From NCBI GenBank assembly GCA_031362565.1, contig JANLSU010000018.1:1-64000 (forward strand): a stretch of DNA of 64,000 nucleotides, given 5' to 3'. The notes beneath the pieces were generated by a model. The model did not search any database and had not been told where the DNA came from. It saw only the letters and a program-made list of their open reading frames with translations. The position numbers were made by a program, and so were the translations under genes. This stretch comes from a bacterium (GTDB taxonomy: Bacteria; Krumholzibacteriota; Krumholzibacteriia; G020349025). Positions within the stretch are counted from its first letter, which is position 1; each line of letters begins with the position of its first letter. This document shows, one piece after another, positions 1 through 9,485 of this stretch.

Positions 1-1257
1 CTGTGCCGCCGGCACACCGGCCACGACCGCGACGGCGTCACCCTGGCGCTCGCAATGCAGCGCCGGCCGTTTGGCGAGGGCGGCAGCGAATTCCGCTGCA
101 TCTTTGGGCGTATCCCAAAGCGTACCGAGAACGGTCGCAAACGCCGCGCCGTTGCGACAGAGCCACCAGCGATCGCCACCCCAACCCGCCGCGGCGGGAT
201 TCGTCAAGGACGCACCCGGCGTCGCAAGCAGCGTTTCGAGGTCCTTCGGTTCCGGATCGGTCAGCACCGCGAGCGTCAGTTCGCCAAGGACGCCGTCGAA
301 CTCCTTTTGCCAGCCGGGCCCGAGCACCGCCGCGGCGTCGAATGCCGGCACCGGGCGCGCGCCGGGCGTTTCCGCATCCGTCCAGTATTGTTCCGGATGC
401 AGGACCTGTTCGGTGGTCGCCGGTGAATGGCGAAACGCCCGGTCCAAGTCGGCAGCAGCGACGGCACCGATCAGCGCCGTCGGGTCGCCACGCATCAAGA
501 ACGACATGCCGGCCACATACGGCGCCAAGAGCGAACGCTGGACGTAGGCCGGTGCCGCTCGCAGGCGTTCGGCACGCGCCGCATCACTCTGTTGAAACTC
601 CGTGAGGGCGTTCATGCCGAGTGTTCCGGCCGCCATGGCATCGACGATGAACTTCGACATGACGACGGTTCCCGATCCCTCCACGACACAATCGAACGCG
701 GCCTGGCGGTCGTCGTCCGGGCCGAGCCCGGCCAGCGTCGAATCGATGCCGAACCATTGGTCATCGAGAGCGTGGGTCAACTCGTGGGCGATCAGGATCG
801 GCGCCAACGCGGCCGGCATGTCGCCCAGAATCACGAACACGTCGCGCTTGGTGTCGTAGTAGCCGCCCGCCTGTTCTTCCAACAAGTCGAGATAGAGGCG
901 ACGCAGCTCGGTTCCGGGCGGCAGGAGGCCGAGCTGTGCGTAGCCTACCTCCATCGCGTGGATGGTTGCCGGCGTCTCGATTTCGTCGATCCGCGCTGCG
1001 AAATGAGTCCGGGCGACGGAGTCGGTCTCGACGATCACCGGGACGGTACGGCGGAAGGCGTGGCCGCGGATCTTCTCCACGACCGGCACGACGCGCCGGG
1101 CGATCGCTTGCACGGACTCGGGCGACGCGAGCACCGGCGCCTCGGGTGGAGGCACCGCGACCGCGCTGGGTTCCCCGGCACCGGTCCGCCCCGCGACAAC
1201 CAGCGACACGGCGCCCAAAACCAATCCCCCTCGCCGCGCCATGCGCCTGGTCATCAT
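1..1257 (-). CDS. Secreted/membrane putative zinc metallopeptidase (Hvo_1808/DUF6782-like); 3' end runs off window
   Basis: Not in ORF track. Manual translation from ATG 1257: MMTRRMARRGGLVLGAVSLVV...GGYYD...IAHELTHALDDQWF...VEGSG...APY..G...TTEQVLHPEQY...LGEL...AAAGWGGD. Start overlaps the rlmD stop (ATGA). Confidence 0.75.
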   Translation of the reverse strand, partial: MMTRRMARRGGLVLGAVSLVVAGRTGAGEPSAVAVPPPEAPVLASPESVQAIARRVVPVVEKIRGHAFRRTVPVIVETDSVARTHFAARIDEIETPATIHAMEVGYAQLGLLPPGTELRRLYLDLLEEQAGGYYDTKRDVFVILGDMPAALAPILIAHELTHALDDQWFGIDSTLAGLGPDDDRQAAFDCVVEGSGTVVMSKFIVDAMAAGTLGMNALTEFQQSDAARAERLRAAPAYVQRSLLAPYVAGMSFLMRGDPTALIGAVAAADLDRAFRHSPATTEQVLHPEQYWTDAETPGARPVPAFDAAAVLGPGWQKEFDGVLGELTLAVLTDPEPKDLETLLATPGASLTNPAAAGWGGDRWWLCRNGAAFATVLGTLWDTPKDAAEFAAALAKRPALHCERQGDAVAVVAGVPAAQ

Positions 1258-2636
1258 GCCAGCACCGCAGTGCCGCGCTCGAGCACCGCAACACATTCGA
1301 TATGGAACGTATGGGGAAACATGTCGACGGGCTGTACCCGCTGCAGCGTGTACGCCCCGTCCTTGCACAGGAGCGCGAGATCGCGCGCCAGAGTGGCGGG
1401 GTTGCACGAGACATACACGATGCGCGGCGGACGTAATTCGCGCAGTGACTGGATGATGTCGGCGTGCAATCCGGCGCGTGGCGGATCGACGAGCACGACT
1501 TGCGCGGCTCGCGCTTCGCCGGGCCGGCGGCGGAAGAACTCGCGCACTTCGCCAACGACGAAGCGGCAGTTGTCGATGCCGTTCAGGGCGGCGTTCTTCT
1601 CGGCCATGGCGATCGACTCGGGCACGAGTTCGATCCCCGTCACCTTGCCGGCGCGTTGGGCGAGAAACAGCGAAATGGCACCCGTCCCGGAGTACAGGTC
1701 CAGAACCTCTTCGCCGCCCGTCAGGCCGGCCGCCTCGACCGCGAGCCCGAACAAGCGCTCGGCCTGCAGCGTGTTGGTCTGAAAAAACGTGTTGGAGGCG
1801 ATGCGAAAACGCAACCCGCCGATCCGCTCCTCGATTTCGGTGCTGCCATGCAAGAGTTCTTCGCGTTCCCCCACCGCGATCGTGGCGCGGCGGCTGTTGA
1901 CGTTGCGGACCAGGCTGTGGATCGAGGCAAACTCGGCGACAAGTGCGGCGGCAAATTCGGCGCCGCCCGGCATCGGCCCCTCGTTGGTCACCATGTTGAC
2001 CATCGTCTGTCCGGTGCTCTTGGCTTCGCGGATGACGAGATAGCGCCAAAAGCCTTCGTGACGCCGCGAGTGGTACGCCGGCAGCCCGGAGCGGACCGCG
2101 AGTTCTCGAACCCGGGTCACGATGCGGTTCGATTCCTCCGACATGAGGTGGCACGCCTCGAGATCGAAGACGCGATCGAACGTGCCAGGCTCGTGGAGGC
2201 CAAGAACGATTTCGCCGTCGCGACCGGCGAAAAACGAGAACTCCATCTTGTTGCGATAGAAGAATGTCGCCGGCGAGGCGATCGCGCGTGGCACGTCGAT
2301 GCCGCGGAACCCGCCGAGGCGCTCCAGCGATTCGCGCACCAGGTCGGTTTTGGTATCGAGCTGCGCCTCGTATTCGAGTTCCTGCCACGAGCACCCGCCG
2401 CAATTCGCCAAATGAACGCAACGTCCCGGCACCCGGGACGGCGACGGCCGCAGAACCGTAAGCGCCCGAGCCTGTGCAAAGTTGCGTTGCGAGCGCGTCA
2501 CGCGCGCTGTGACCCGTTCGCCGGGCAAGGCGCGATCGACGAAGACGACGAGTTCACCCAGTCGGCCGACGCCACGGCCTTCCATGGCGGCGCGATCGAC
2601 ATCGATCTCGATCTCTTCTCCAGGGCGCAGTCGCAA
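1254..2636 (-). CDS. rlmD: 23S rRNA (uracil-1939-C5)-methyltransferase
   Basis: N-terminal TRAM domain, CxxxxxCGGC, FFQTN, LDLYSGTG, DPPRAG, YVSCNPATLARD, VDMFPHTFHIE. Confidence 0.93.
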   Translation of the reverse strand: MRLRPGEEIEIDVDRAAMEGRGVGRLGELVVFVDRALPGERVTARVTRSQRNFAQARALTVLRPSPSRVPGRCVHLANCGGCSWQELEYEAQLDTKTDLVRESLERLGGFRGIDVPRAIASPATFFYRNKMEFSFFAGRDGEIVLGLHEPGTFDRVFDLEACHLMSEESNRIVTRVRELAVRSGLPAYHSRRHEGFWRYLVIREAKSTGQTMVNMVTNEGPMPGGAEFAAALVAEFASIHSLVRNVNSRRATIAVGEREELLHGSTEIEERIGGLRFRIASNTFFQTNTLQAERLFGLAVEAAGLTGGEEVLDLYSGTGAISLFLAQRAGKVTGIELVPESIAMAEKNAALNGIDNCRFVVGEVREFFRRRPGEARAAQVVLVDPPRAGLHADIIQSLRELRPPRIVYVSCNPATLARDLALLCKDGAYTLQRVQPVDMFPHTFHIECVAVLERGTAVLA

Positions 2637-2802
2637 TGTTTTGGCCTCCTCGAGGGGGCAAGGGGTTGGGCGCGGCAGCGTAGCACACTCCCCCCACAGC
2701 CTTCGCCCTGTCTCGAAGTTGTAATAGATCGTACTGACTAGGAACGTGTAACGCGGGATGCGTGTTCAAGGTGTTTCGAACGCCGCGGACGGATCCGGGG
2801 AC

Positions 2803-2831
2803 TTGACCGGCTGTTCACCGCACTGTAGCGT
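2803..2831 (+). promoter_or_regulatory. Candidate sigma70 promoter for yceI
   Basis: TTGACC-N17-TAGCGT about 70 nt upstream of the ATG. Confidence 0.45.
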
Positions 2832-2898
2832 CGGGCGTTCGAACGGCACACCCGAACCAGGGCGTTGCCCATTCCCCAGCATTTGGAGTGAGTGCAGA

Positions 2899-3552
2899 AT
2901 GCTTCGCCGTACCCTGACTGCTGCTGCAGGTTTGTTGGTGATTCCGGCCCTCGCCTTTGCGGCGGTCGAGAACTTCTCGGTGGATCCGGTTCACTCCGAG
3001 GTCAGCTTCACGATCCGCCACTTGGTGTCGAAGGTCACCGGACGCTTCAACCAGTTCGAAGGCGACGTCATGTTGGATCCCAGCGATCCGTCAACGATGT
3101 CTTTCACCGGTAAGATCATGACGGCATCCATCGACACGAACAACGAGCGCCGCGACGGGCACCTGAAGAGCCCCGATTTCTTCGATGCCGCCAAGTTTCC
3201 CGAGATCACGTTCAAGTCGAAGAGCGCCGTCAAGGCGGGCGATGCCTGGACCGTGACCGGCGATTTGACGATGCACGGCGTGACGAAGGACGTGCCCCTG
3301 AACGTCGAGATCTTGGGTGTCAGCCCGGCGCCGATCATGGGCGGCATCCGCGTCGGCATGGAAGTGACTACCAAGGTGAATCGCAAGGATTTCGGGGTAA
3401 TTTGGAATAGCCCCGTCGACGGCGGCATGATGCTCGGCGATGACGTGTGGATCAAAATCGGCATCGAAGCGGTGAACAAGCAGGACAAGCCGGCCGCGAC
3501 TTTGGAAAAAGAAAAGGACGCCGACAAGGACAAAGTCAAGGCGAAGAAGTAA
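2899..3552 (+). CDS. yceI: YceI-family periplasmic polyisoprenoid-binding protein
   Basis: Signal peptide, DPVHSEVSF.IRHL, RDGHLKSPDFFD, GDLTMHGVTK, NRKDFG; Lys-rich tail. Confidence 0.9.
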   Translation: MLRRTLTAAAGLLVIPALAFAAVENFSVDPVHSEVSFTIRHLVSKVTGRFNQFEGDVMLDPSDPSTMSFTGKIMTASIDTNNERRDGHLKSPDFFDAAKFPEITFKSKSAVKAGDAWTVTGDLTMHGVTKDVPLNVEILGVSPAPIMGGIRVGMEVTTKVNRKDFGVIWNSPVDGGMMLGDDVWIKIGIEAVNKQDKPAATLEKEKDADKDKVKAKK

Positions 3553-3580
3553 GGGCGGCGGGACGAAGCGACACACGACG

Positions 3581-3607
3581 CGGGCCGGCGGCACAACCGC
3601 CGGCCCG
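3581..3607. terminator. GC-rich hairpin between convergent genes
   Basis: CGGGCCGGCGG-CACAA-CCGCCGGCCCG. Confidence 0.55.
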
Positions 3608-3631
3608 TGCGTATTTCAGACTTGAAATGAC

Positions 3632-4861
3632 CTACCGGAGCGCTGGAACGGACGGTTCCTGTTGCGCTGCCGGGTCGGCGTCCAGGCCGGCGGCGACGAG
3701 CGCCCGGCGGGCGTTCTCGACCCAATAGTAGCGGCGAGCTTCGATCTTGCCACGCGCCGCGCGACCCATCGACTGGACACGCCCCGGATCGCCGACCAGA
3801 ACCTCGATAGCGCGGCCCATGTCGGCGGCGTCACCGGCCCGGAAGAGCAGCGAATCCTCGCCGTGCGACAGGATTTCGCGGATGTTCTCGAGATCGGGCC
3901 CGACGACGCATTTGCCAAGCGCCAGGTACTCGAAGATCTTCATCGGCGACGCATAGTCCGTCACGTGCGGCTGCAACGCCACATCGAAGGCATCGATGTG
4001 GTCGTAGATTTGATCGCGTCCGACCGGCCCGGTGAACGTCACGGCCGATTCGAGGCCGTGGGCGTGGACGCGCGCCCGCAGAGCGGCCATCTCCGGCCCA
4101 TCCCCGACCAAGAGCAGATGAATACGCTCGCGCCAGCCCGGACGCGTCGCGACAAGATCGATCACAGTGTCCAGCCGGTGCCACGGTTTGAACCAGCCTA
4201 CGAATCCCAACACGAGCTTGGCGCCGATTCCATACTTGGCGCGCACGTCGCAGCGTCCGAGTGCGGAGGCGATCTCGACCGTGTTGACGCCGTTCGAGAC
4301 GACGACCATCTGGTGCTCCGGTACGCCCTGTGACATCAGGATCTTCTTCATGGGCGTCGAGACGACGATCGTGCGCGTCGCATGGCTGCAAATCCAACGC
4401 TCGAGGGCATAGGCAAGCCGCTTCAACGCCAGTTTTTCGTAGTGCTGTTTTTCATAGGCCAGCGGCGCGTTGACTTCGAGAACCATGGGGATGCGCAGCA
4501 GCCGTGACACGACGACGCCACTGATATTGAACAGCGAGTAGCGCTCGTAGAGCAGCGCCGGCCGGCGCCGGCGGGCGGCGCGCCACAGCGCCGTGATGCC
4601 CCAGACGTTGTAGCCGAGCTCGGCACACTCGTACAGGACGGCGAGGTTGCGCACCCGCCCGAGCCACGTGTAACGCTCACCGCCACCGGCCGCGGGGACC
4701 TCGGTGCGGCGCCCCTGCGGCGCCACCTTGGCGCGCTGCCGCTCGGCGAAACTCACGAGTTCCGTCGTGTGCCCCAGGGACTCGAAGGCGCGCAGGATCT
4801 CCTGAATGTGGATCCCCTGGGCATCCTGCCCGGTCGTACGATGGTGATACAAGATGTGCAT
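3632..4861 (-). CDS. Glycosyltransferase family 4
   Basis: Start MHILYHHRT; LEVNAP, GFVGWFKPWH, SPMKIFEYLALG. Confidence 0.88.
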   Translation of the reverse strand: MHILYHHRTTGQDAQGIHIQEILRAFESLGHTTELVSFAERQRAKVAPQGRRTEVPAAGGGERYTWLGRVRNLAVLYECAELGYNVWGITALWRAARRRRPALLYERYSLFNISGVVVSRLLRIPMVLEVNAPLAYEKQHYEKLALKRLAYALERWICSHATRTIVVSTPMKKILMSQGVPEHQMVVVSNGVNTVEIASALGRCDVRAKYGIGAKLVLGFVGWFKPWHRLDTVIDLVATRPGWRERIHLLLVGDGPEMAALRARVHAHGLESAVTFTGPVGRDQIYDHIDAFDVALQPHVTDYASPMKIFEYLALGKCVVGPDLENIREILSHGEDSLLFRAGDAADMGRAIEVLVGDPGRVQSMGRAARGKIEARRYYWVENARRALVAAGLDADPAAQQEPSVPALR

Positions 4862-4887
4862 CGGATCCTCGCCTTGGCAACGGCGGG

Positions 4888-6771
4888 TCAGCGCGCGTAG
4901 TGCGCCGCCCATTTTTCGAGCGCGAACAGAATCCACAATTTGTACGCGTTGTCCTTGGTACCCTGAATCTGGTCCTGCCAGAGCGTCCGCACCACCGCCG
5001 GTTCGAAGAACTCCGAGCAAAACGAGCCTTCCCGCAACACACTCGATTCGAAGGGCACTCGCAGCTCGTTCTTCCACCACTCGGCGAGCGGCACCGAGAA
5101 GCCCATCTTGCGCCGGTAGAGAATGTCGTTCGAGACTCGCGGCTCGAGCGCCTTCTTGAAGATGTACTTGCCCTCACGGCCGCGTAGCTTCAGTCCGGAT
5201 GGGATACGCGCCATGCGCTCCATGAAGACATGGTCGAGAAGCGGCACCCGGACCTCGAGCGATACCGCCATGCTGGCCCGGTCCACCTTGGTCAGAACGT
5301 CATCGACGAGATAGGTCTTGATGTCCACGTACTGGATGCGCGCCAGCGGGTCGTCGGTCTCGGCCGCTTCGAAATGCCGCGCGAATTGATCGAAGACCGA
5401 GTAGTCCCCCACTCCACGCCGCATGCCTTCGCGATACAGGAGTGCTTTGTCGGCCGGCGTAAACCAAGTCATGGTGTTGAAATAGCCCTCGGCCGCCGGC
5501 AACGACAGGTTGTGCAAGAGGGTCTTGGCACGCAACGGCTGCGGCAAATAGTCGGCCTTGGGATACATCGCGGCCAGCGCGCCGAACACCGGCCCGCGAG
5601 TCGCTTGCGGCAACACCCCGCGGATGTTGTTCTCGAGCCGGTCGTAGAAGTAGCGGCGATAGCCCGCGAAGTTCTCGTCGCCACCGTCGCCCGAGAGCGC
5701 CACAGTCACGGCCTGCCGCGCCAGGCGCGAGACATGGTAGGTCGGCAGCGCCGACGAGTCCGCAAACGGCTCGTCATAGTGCCAGAACAATTGGTCGAGC
5801 ACGCCGAGGGCGTTGCCCTCGACCGTGAACTCCTGATGCGACGTGTGGTAACGCTCGCTCACGGCGCGAGCGTATTCGAGTTCGCTCCAGCGTTCGTCAG
5901 CAAAGCCGATGGCGCATGTCTTGATGGGTTCGCTCGACGTCGCAGCCATGGAAGCCACAACGGCGCTCGAGTCGACACCGCCCGACAGGAAGGCACCGAG
6001 CGGCACGTCCGACTCGAGATGCGACCCGACCGTTTCGTCGAGCGCATCCAAGACCTCTTGCTGCCAGTCGGCTTCCGACAAGCGTCCAACACTCTCCCCA
6101 AAACGCAGATCCCAATACGGTTTGACGATGACGCGGCCTTCTTCGACGGTCAGCGTGTGCGCCGCCGGGAGCTTGCGCAGGTTCTTCCAGATCGTATGCG
6201 GCGCCGGCACGTACAAGAGCGACATATAGGCATCCAGAGCCTCGTGGTCGAGGGTGCGATGCACGTCGGGGTGCTCCAGAATCGCTTTGATCTCCGACCC
6301 GAACACCAGTCCATAGGGACTCTCGTAGTAGTGAAACGGCTTGATCCCGAGCCGGTCGCGCGCCGCGAACAGCCGCTTGCGGTTCGAGTCCCAGATCGCG
6401 AAGGCGAACATGCCACGCAGTTTCGGCACGATCGCTTCGCCCCACTCTTCGTACCCGTGCAGGATAACCTCGGTGTCGGCGGCCGATGAGAACGTATGGC
6501 GCCCCGCCAGTTCGGCGCGGATCGCGTGGTGATTGTAGATCTCGCCGTTGAAGACAATGACGACCGAGCGGTCTTCGTTGTAGATGGGCTGCCAGCCGCG
6601 TTGCAGGTCGATGATCGCCAAACGCTGGAATGCGAGCCCCGCACCCGCGCCCGCGAAGTAGCCGTCGCCGTCCGGGCCGCGGTGGCGAATCGTGGCGTTC
6701 ATACGCCGCAGCGTCGCCTCGTCGGCGTGCCGGTCGGCGTCGAAGTACACCATGCCACAGAATCCGCACAT
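4888..6771 (-). CDS. asnB: Asparagine synthase-like glutamine amidotransferase (XrtA/PEP-CTERM EPS type)
   Basis: N-terminal MCG, HRGPD, RDRLGIKP, LSGGVDSS, SGDGGDE, KVDRASMAVSLEVRVPLLD. Confidence 0.92.
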   Translation of the reverse strand: MCGFCGMVYFDADRHADEATLRRMNATIRHRGPDGDGYFAGAGAGLAFQRLAIIDLQRGWQPIYNEDRSVVIVFNGEIYNHHAIRAELAGRHTFSSAADTEVILHGYEEWGEAIVPKLRGMFAFAIWDSNRKRLFAARDRLGIKPFHYYESPYGLVFGSEIKAILEHPDVHRTLDHEALDAYMSLLYVPAPHTIWKNLRKLPAAHTLTVEEGRVIVKPYWDLRFGESVGRLSEADWQQEVLDALDETVGSHLESDVPLGAFLSGGVDSSAVVASMAATSSEPIKTCAIGFADERWSELEYARAVSERYHTSHQEFTVEGNALGVLDQLFWHYDEPFADSSALPTYHVSRLARQAVTVALSGDGGDENFAGYRRYFYDRLENNIRGVLPQATRGPVFGALAAMYPKADYLPQPLRAKTLLHNLSLPAAEGYFNTMTWFTPADKALLYREGMRRGVGDYSVFDQFARHFEAAETDDPLARIQYVDIKTYLVDDVLTKVDRASMAVSLEVRVPLLDHVFMERMARIPSGLKLRGREGKYIFKKALEPRVSNDILYRRKMGFSVPLAEWWKNELRVPFESSVLREGSFCSEFFEPAVVRTLWQDQIQGTKDNAYKLWILFALEKWAAHYAR

Positions 6772-6804
6772 ATCTTGCCCTCCGCCTCTCGTGCCGGTCC
6801 GTGC

Positions 6805-8064
6805 TCAAACGCCGGTCGGAATCGCCACCGCTGATTCCACTGCGGCAACATGCGGCGTTACGATGCCGGCGCGCCGCGCGGCGTGCTCCAACAGGCCCTC
6901 GAGCTTGCCCAACGCCCGGTCCCAGACGTATTCGCGCTCCACGAAGCGCCGCCCGGCGCGACCGGCGCTTTCGGCAGCATTCGGGTCGCGCAAAAGCGCC
7001 AGCGTTTCGCGCGCCAGGCCTTCGGGATCGTCGGCGACGCGCAGGCCGTCATGCGTTCCGGCACCGATGCCGAGGGCCGCCGCCTGCGTCGCCACGACTG
7101 GGCGGCCCATGGCCATCGCTTCCAAGAGCTTGTTCTGAATACCGCGCGCGATGCGGAGCGGCACGACGCACGCTGTCGCCCGCGCGTAGTACGGCCGCAC
7201 GTCCTCTACGAAGCCCGTCACCGTAATTCCCGGGCGGCGGCCGAGCGCCACCACTTCGGGCGTCGGCCGGCTGCCGACGATGTAGAAGTGGGCGTCCGGC
7301 ACTTCGGCGCGAATACGCGGCAGCACATCGTCGGCAAAGAATTGCACCGCATCGACGTTGGCGTAGTAGTCCATGGCGCCCGTGAACACGATCGCGTGCG
7401 GATCGCGCGCGTCACCAAGAGCGGCCGCAGACGTAAAGAACTGCAGATCGACGCCATTCGGCACGACATGCACTTTGGTCTGCAGGTCGGCGGGCAGTCC
7501 CGCCCAGAGTTCACGCTCGCGATCCGCGACCAGGGTCGCCGCGTCGCAGTTGCGGAGCACATGTTCTTCGTAGGCACGCAGACGCCGCGCTTCTAGCGCA
7601 TACAACGGCCGGAGCACGAGCGGGGCGCGTGTTGCGTACTGGCGCCATTTGTCCGAGTCGACGTCGCAGAAATCCATCACCGTCGGCAGGTGCAGGTCCT
7701 CCACGTAGTCGAACATCGGCGACGAGAAAAGCAATACCGCATCGAGTTTTTCGCGCTGAGCGGTGTCACGCACCCACCTCGCCAAACGCGGCGAGCGGAA
7801 ATAGCGCACCGAAAGCGGGCCGCCGGCGGCAAGCGCCCCCAGGCTCTGCACCCGCGCCCGGCGCGGGTCGAGGGGTACGGCTTCGAGGCTCGCCACCATC
7901 TGGCCGAGTTCTGCAACGTGCGCCATGTCTTCCGGTTGATCGACCAGGCATCCGACATGGACCCGATGGCGCCGCGCCAGGTACCGCAGTTCATGGAACG
8001 AGCGAATCTTGTCACCCTTGTTGGGCGGAAATGGAATGCGGTGGACTAGGAAGAGAAGATTCAT
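6805..8064 (-). CDS. GT4 glycosyltransferase, PEP-CTERM/XrtA-system associated (TIGR03087-like)
   Basis: LVHRIPFPPNKGDKIRSF, DVDSDKWRQY, FTGAMDYYANVD, IARGIQNKLLEAMAM. Confidence 0.88.
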   Translation of the reverse strand: MNLLFLVHRIPFPPNKGDKIRSFHELRYLARRHRVHVGCLVDQPEDMAHVAELGQMVASLEAVPLDPRRARVQSLGALAAGGPLSVRYFRSPRLARWVRDTAQREKLDAVLLFSSPMFDYVEDLHLPTVMDFCDVDSDKWRQYATRAPLVLRPLYALEARRLRAYEEHVLRNCDAATLVADRERELWAGLPADLQTKVHVVPNGVDLQFFTSAAALGDARDPHAIVFTGAMDYYANVDAVQFFADDVLPRIRAEVPDAHFYIVGSRPTPEVVALGRRPGITVTGFVEDVRPYYARATACVVPLRIARGIQNKLLEAMAMGRPVVATQAAALGIGAGTHDGLRVADDPEGLARETLALLRDPNAAESAGRAGRRFVEREYVWDRALGKLEGLLEHAARRAGIVTPHVAAVESAVAIPTGV

Positions 8065-9485
8065 CGCACACCCGCCAGATCTGCGCTACGGAGTGGTTCG
8101 ACGGCCGGCAGTTCGGATTCCGCCGGCAGTGGCGTGCCGTCCGACGCCGCGCCCAACACCCCTGCCAAGCGTTCGGCCGCCGCACGCCCCGAGAAGCTCC
8201 GCACGGTCGCGTCCGCCAGTTGGGGCAGTGTGCCTGCGACACCGCGCTCGACGAGTTCCAGGATGCCGGCCGCGATCCCCGCGACGTCGTCCGGTCGATA
8301 CACGTAGGGAGTGAGGCGGCGGCGTTCGAGAAGGCCCGCCAATGCCCCACCGCGAGTGATCGCCAGAATGGGGCGGTTTGCGGCCACGTACTCGTACAAT
8401 TTGCTCGGCACGAAGGTCGAGTGGTCACTCGGCACGGTAAGGAGCAACACCAGGGCGTGCGCTGCGCGCTGCAAGCGAACGGCTTCAGCGTGCGAGACGG
8501 GCTCCTCGACCGCGACCACATCCGCGAGCCCGAGCGCCTGCACGCGCGCCGCGATCCGCCGCGCGCCGGCACCCACCAATCGCACCCGGAACGTACCGCG
8601 CGTCTTGGGATGCGACGCGAGCAACGCGGCGACGCCTTGGAGGAGCGGCTCGGGACTGTGCGCGTCGTACATAGCGCCGACATAGCTCAGCGTGAACACC
8701 GGCTCGCGGGCCGGTGCGGGGGTGACGTAGTCACCCGCATCGAAACTGTTATGGATGACGACCGTCTTGTCGCCGAGTGCATCGCCATGCGCCCGCATGA
8801 GCGTTTCGCGCAGCACGTCGGTATTGGCGACGATGGCACGGGCCCGGTGCACCACGGTGCGCTCGAGACGCAAGGCCAGGTTTTCGAAAGCGTTTCCGGA
8901 GCGCGCGACGGCGGGATTGAGCGTCCACGGGTCCCGATAGTCGAGCACGAGCGGCACTCCCGTCAGGCGCGCCAGGTCGCGCGCCACGAGGAACGTCGTC
9001 CACGGCCCGCCGCTCGCGTACAGCACATCCGGTCGCTCTCGCGCGACGGCCACGAGGCCGCGGCAAAGGGCCGGCACGTACCAGCCGGCATCGATGTCCG
9101 GCGTACGGCACAGCATGTAGACGAGATCGAGCGGCGAGAGAGCGGCGGGCGCCGGTGCCGCCGCGGCGGCATTCGTCGACGCGACCGTTGCGACTGGTGC
9201 GCTGCCGACGCGACCGCCGGTGCGCAAGGCTTTGGCCCGCGCCACCGCGTTCTTGTACCAGCGATGATATTGCGGTGCCGCGGCACGGTAGACCTTCAGG
9301 TCCGCCGGGACCTTCTGTACGAGACCGGTGTCGATCTCGGCGCTTGGATATGTCGCTGGATGCACCGTCAACACCGATGGCGTCCAACCGCACTGCGGCA
9401 GATCGCGCACGAACCGTAGCGTACGGAACGTGCCCGCGGCCTTCGAGGGCGGGAAGAAATAGGCGACCATGAGTACGCGCTTCAC
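8061..9485 (-). CDS. Glycosyltransferase family 4
   Basis: AYFFPP, LDYRDPW, PSKLYEY. Confidence 0.85.
   Translation of the reverse strand: MKRVLMVAYFFPPSKAAGTFRTLRFVRDLPQCGWTPSVLTVHPATYPSAEIDTGLVQKVPADLKVYRAAAPQYHRWYKNAVARAKALRTGGRVGSAPVATVASTNAAAAAPAPAALSPLDLVYMLCRTPDIDAGWYVPALCRGLVAVARERPDVLYASGGPWTTFLVARDLARLTGVPLVLDYRDPWTLNPAVARSGNAFENLALRLERTVVHRARAIVANTDVLRETLMRAHGDALGDKTVVIHNSFDAGDYVTPAPAREPVFTLSYVGAMYDAHSPEPLLQGVAALLASHPKTRGTFRVRLVGAGARRIAARVQALGLADVVAVEEPVSHAEAVRLQRAAHALVLLLTVPSDHSTFVPSKLYEYVAANRPILAITRGGALAGLLERRRLTPYVYRPDDVAGIAAGILELVERGVAGTLPQLADATVRSFSGRAAAERLAGVLGAASDGTPLPAESELPAVEPLRSADLAGVR

Noticed and set aside
427..1782. Long antisense or alternate-frame ORFs (also 14766-16661, 43925-45790, 52813-54948 and others)
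   Set aside because: Shadow ORFs of real genes in high-GC DNA; Arg/Ala/Pro-rich with no family motifs.
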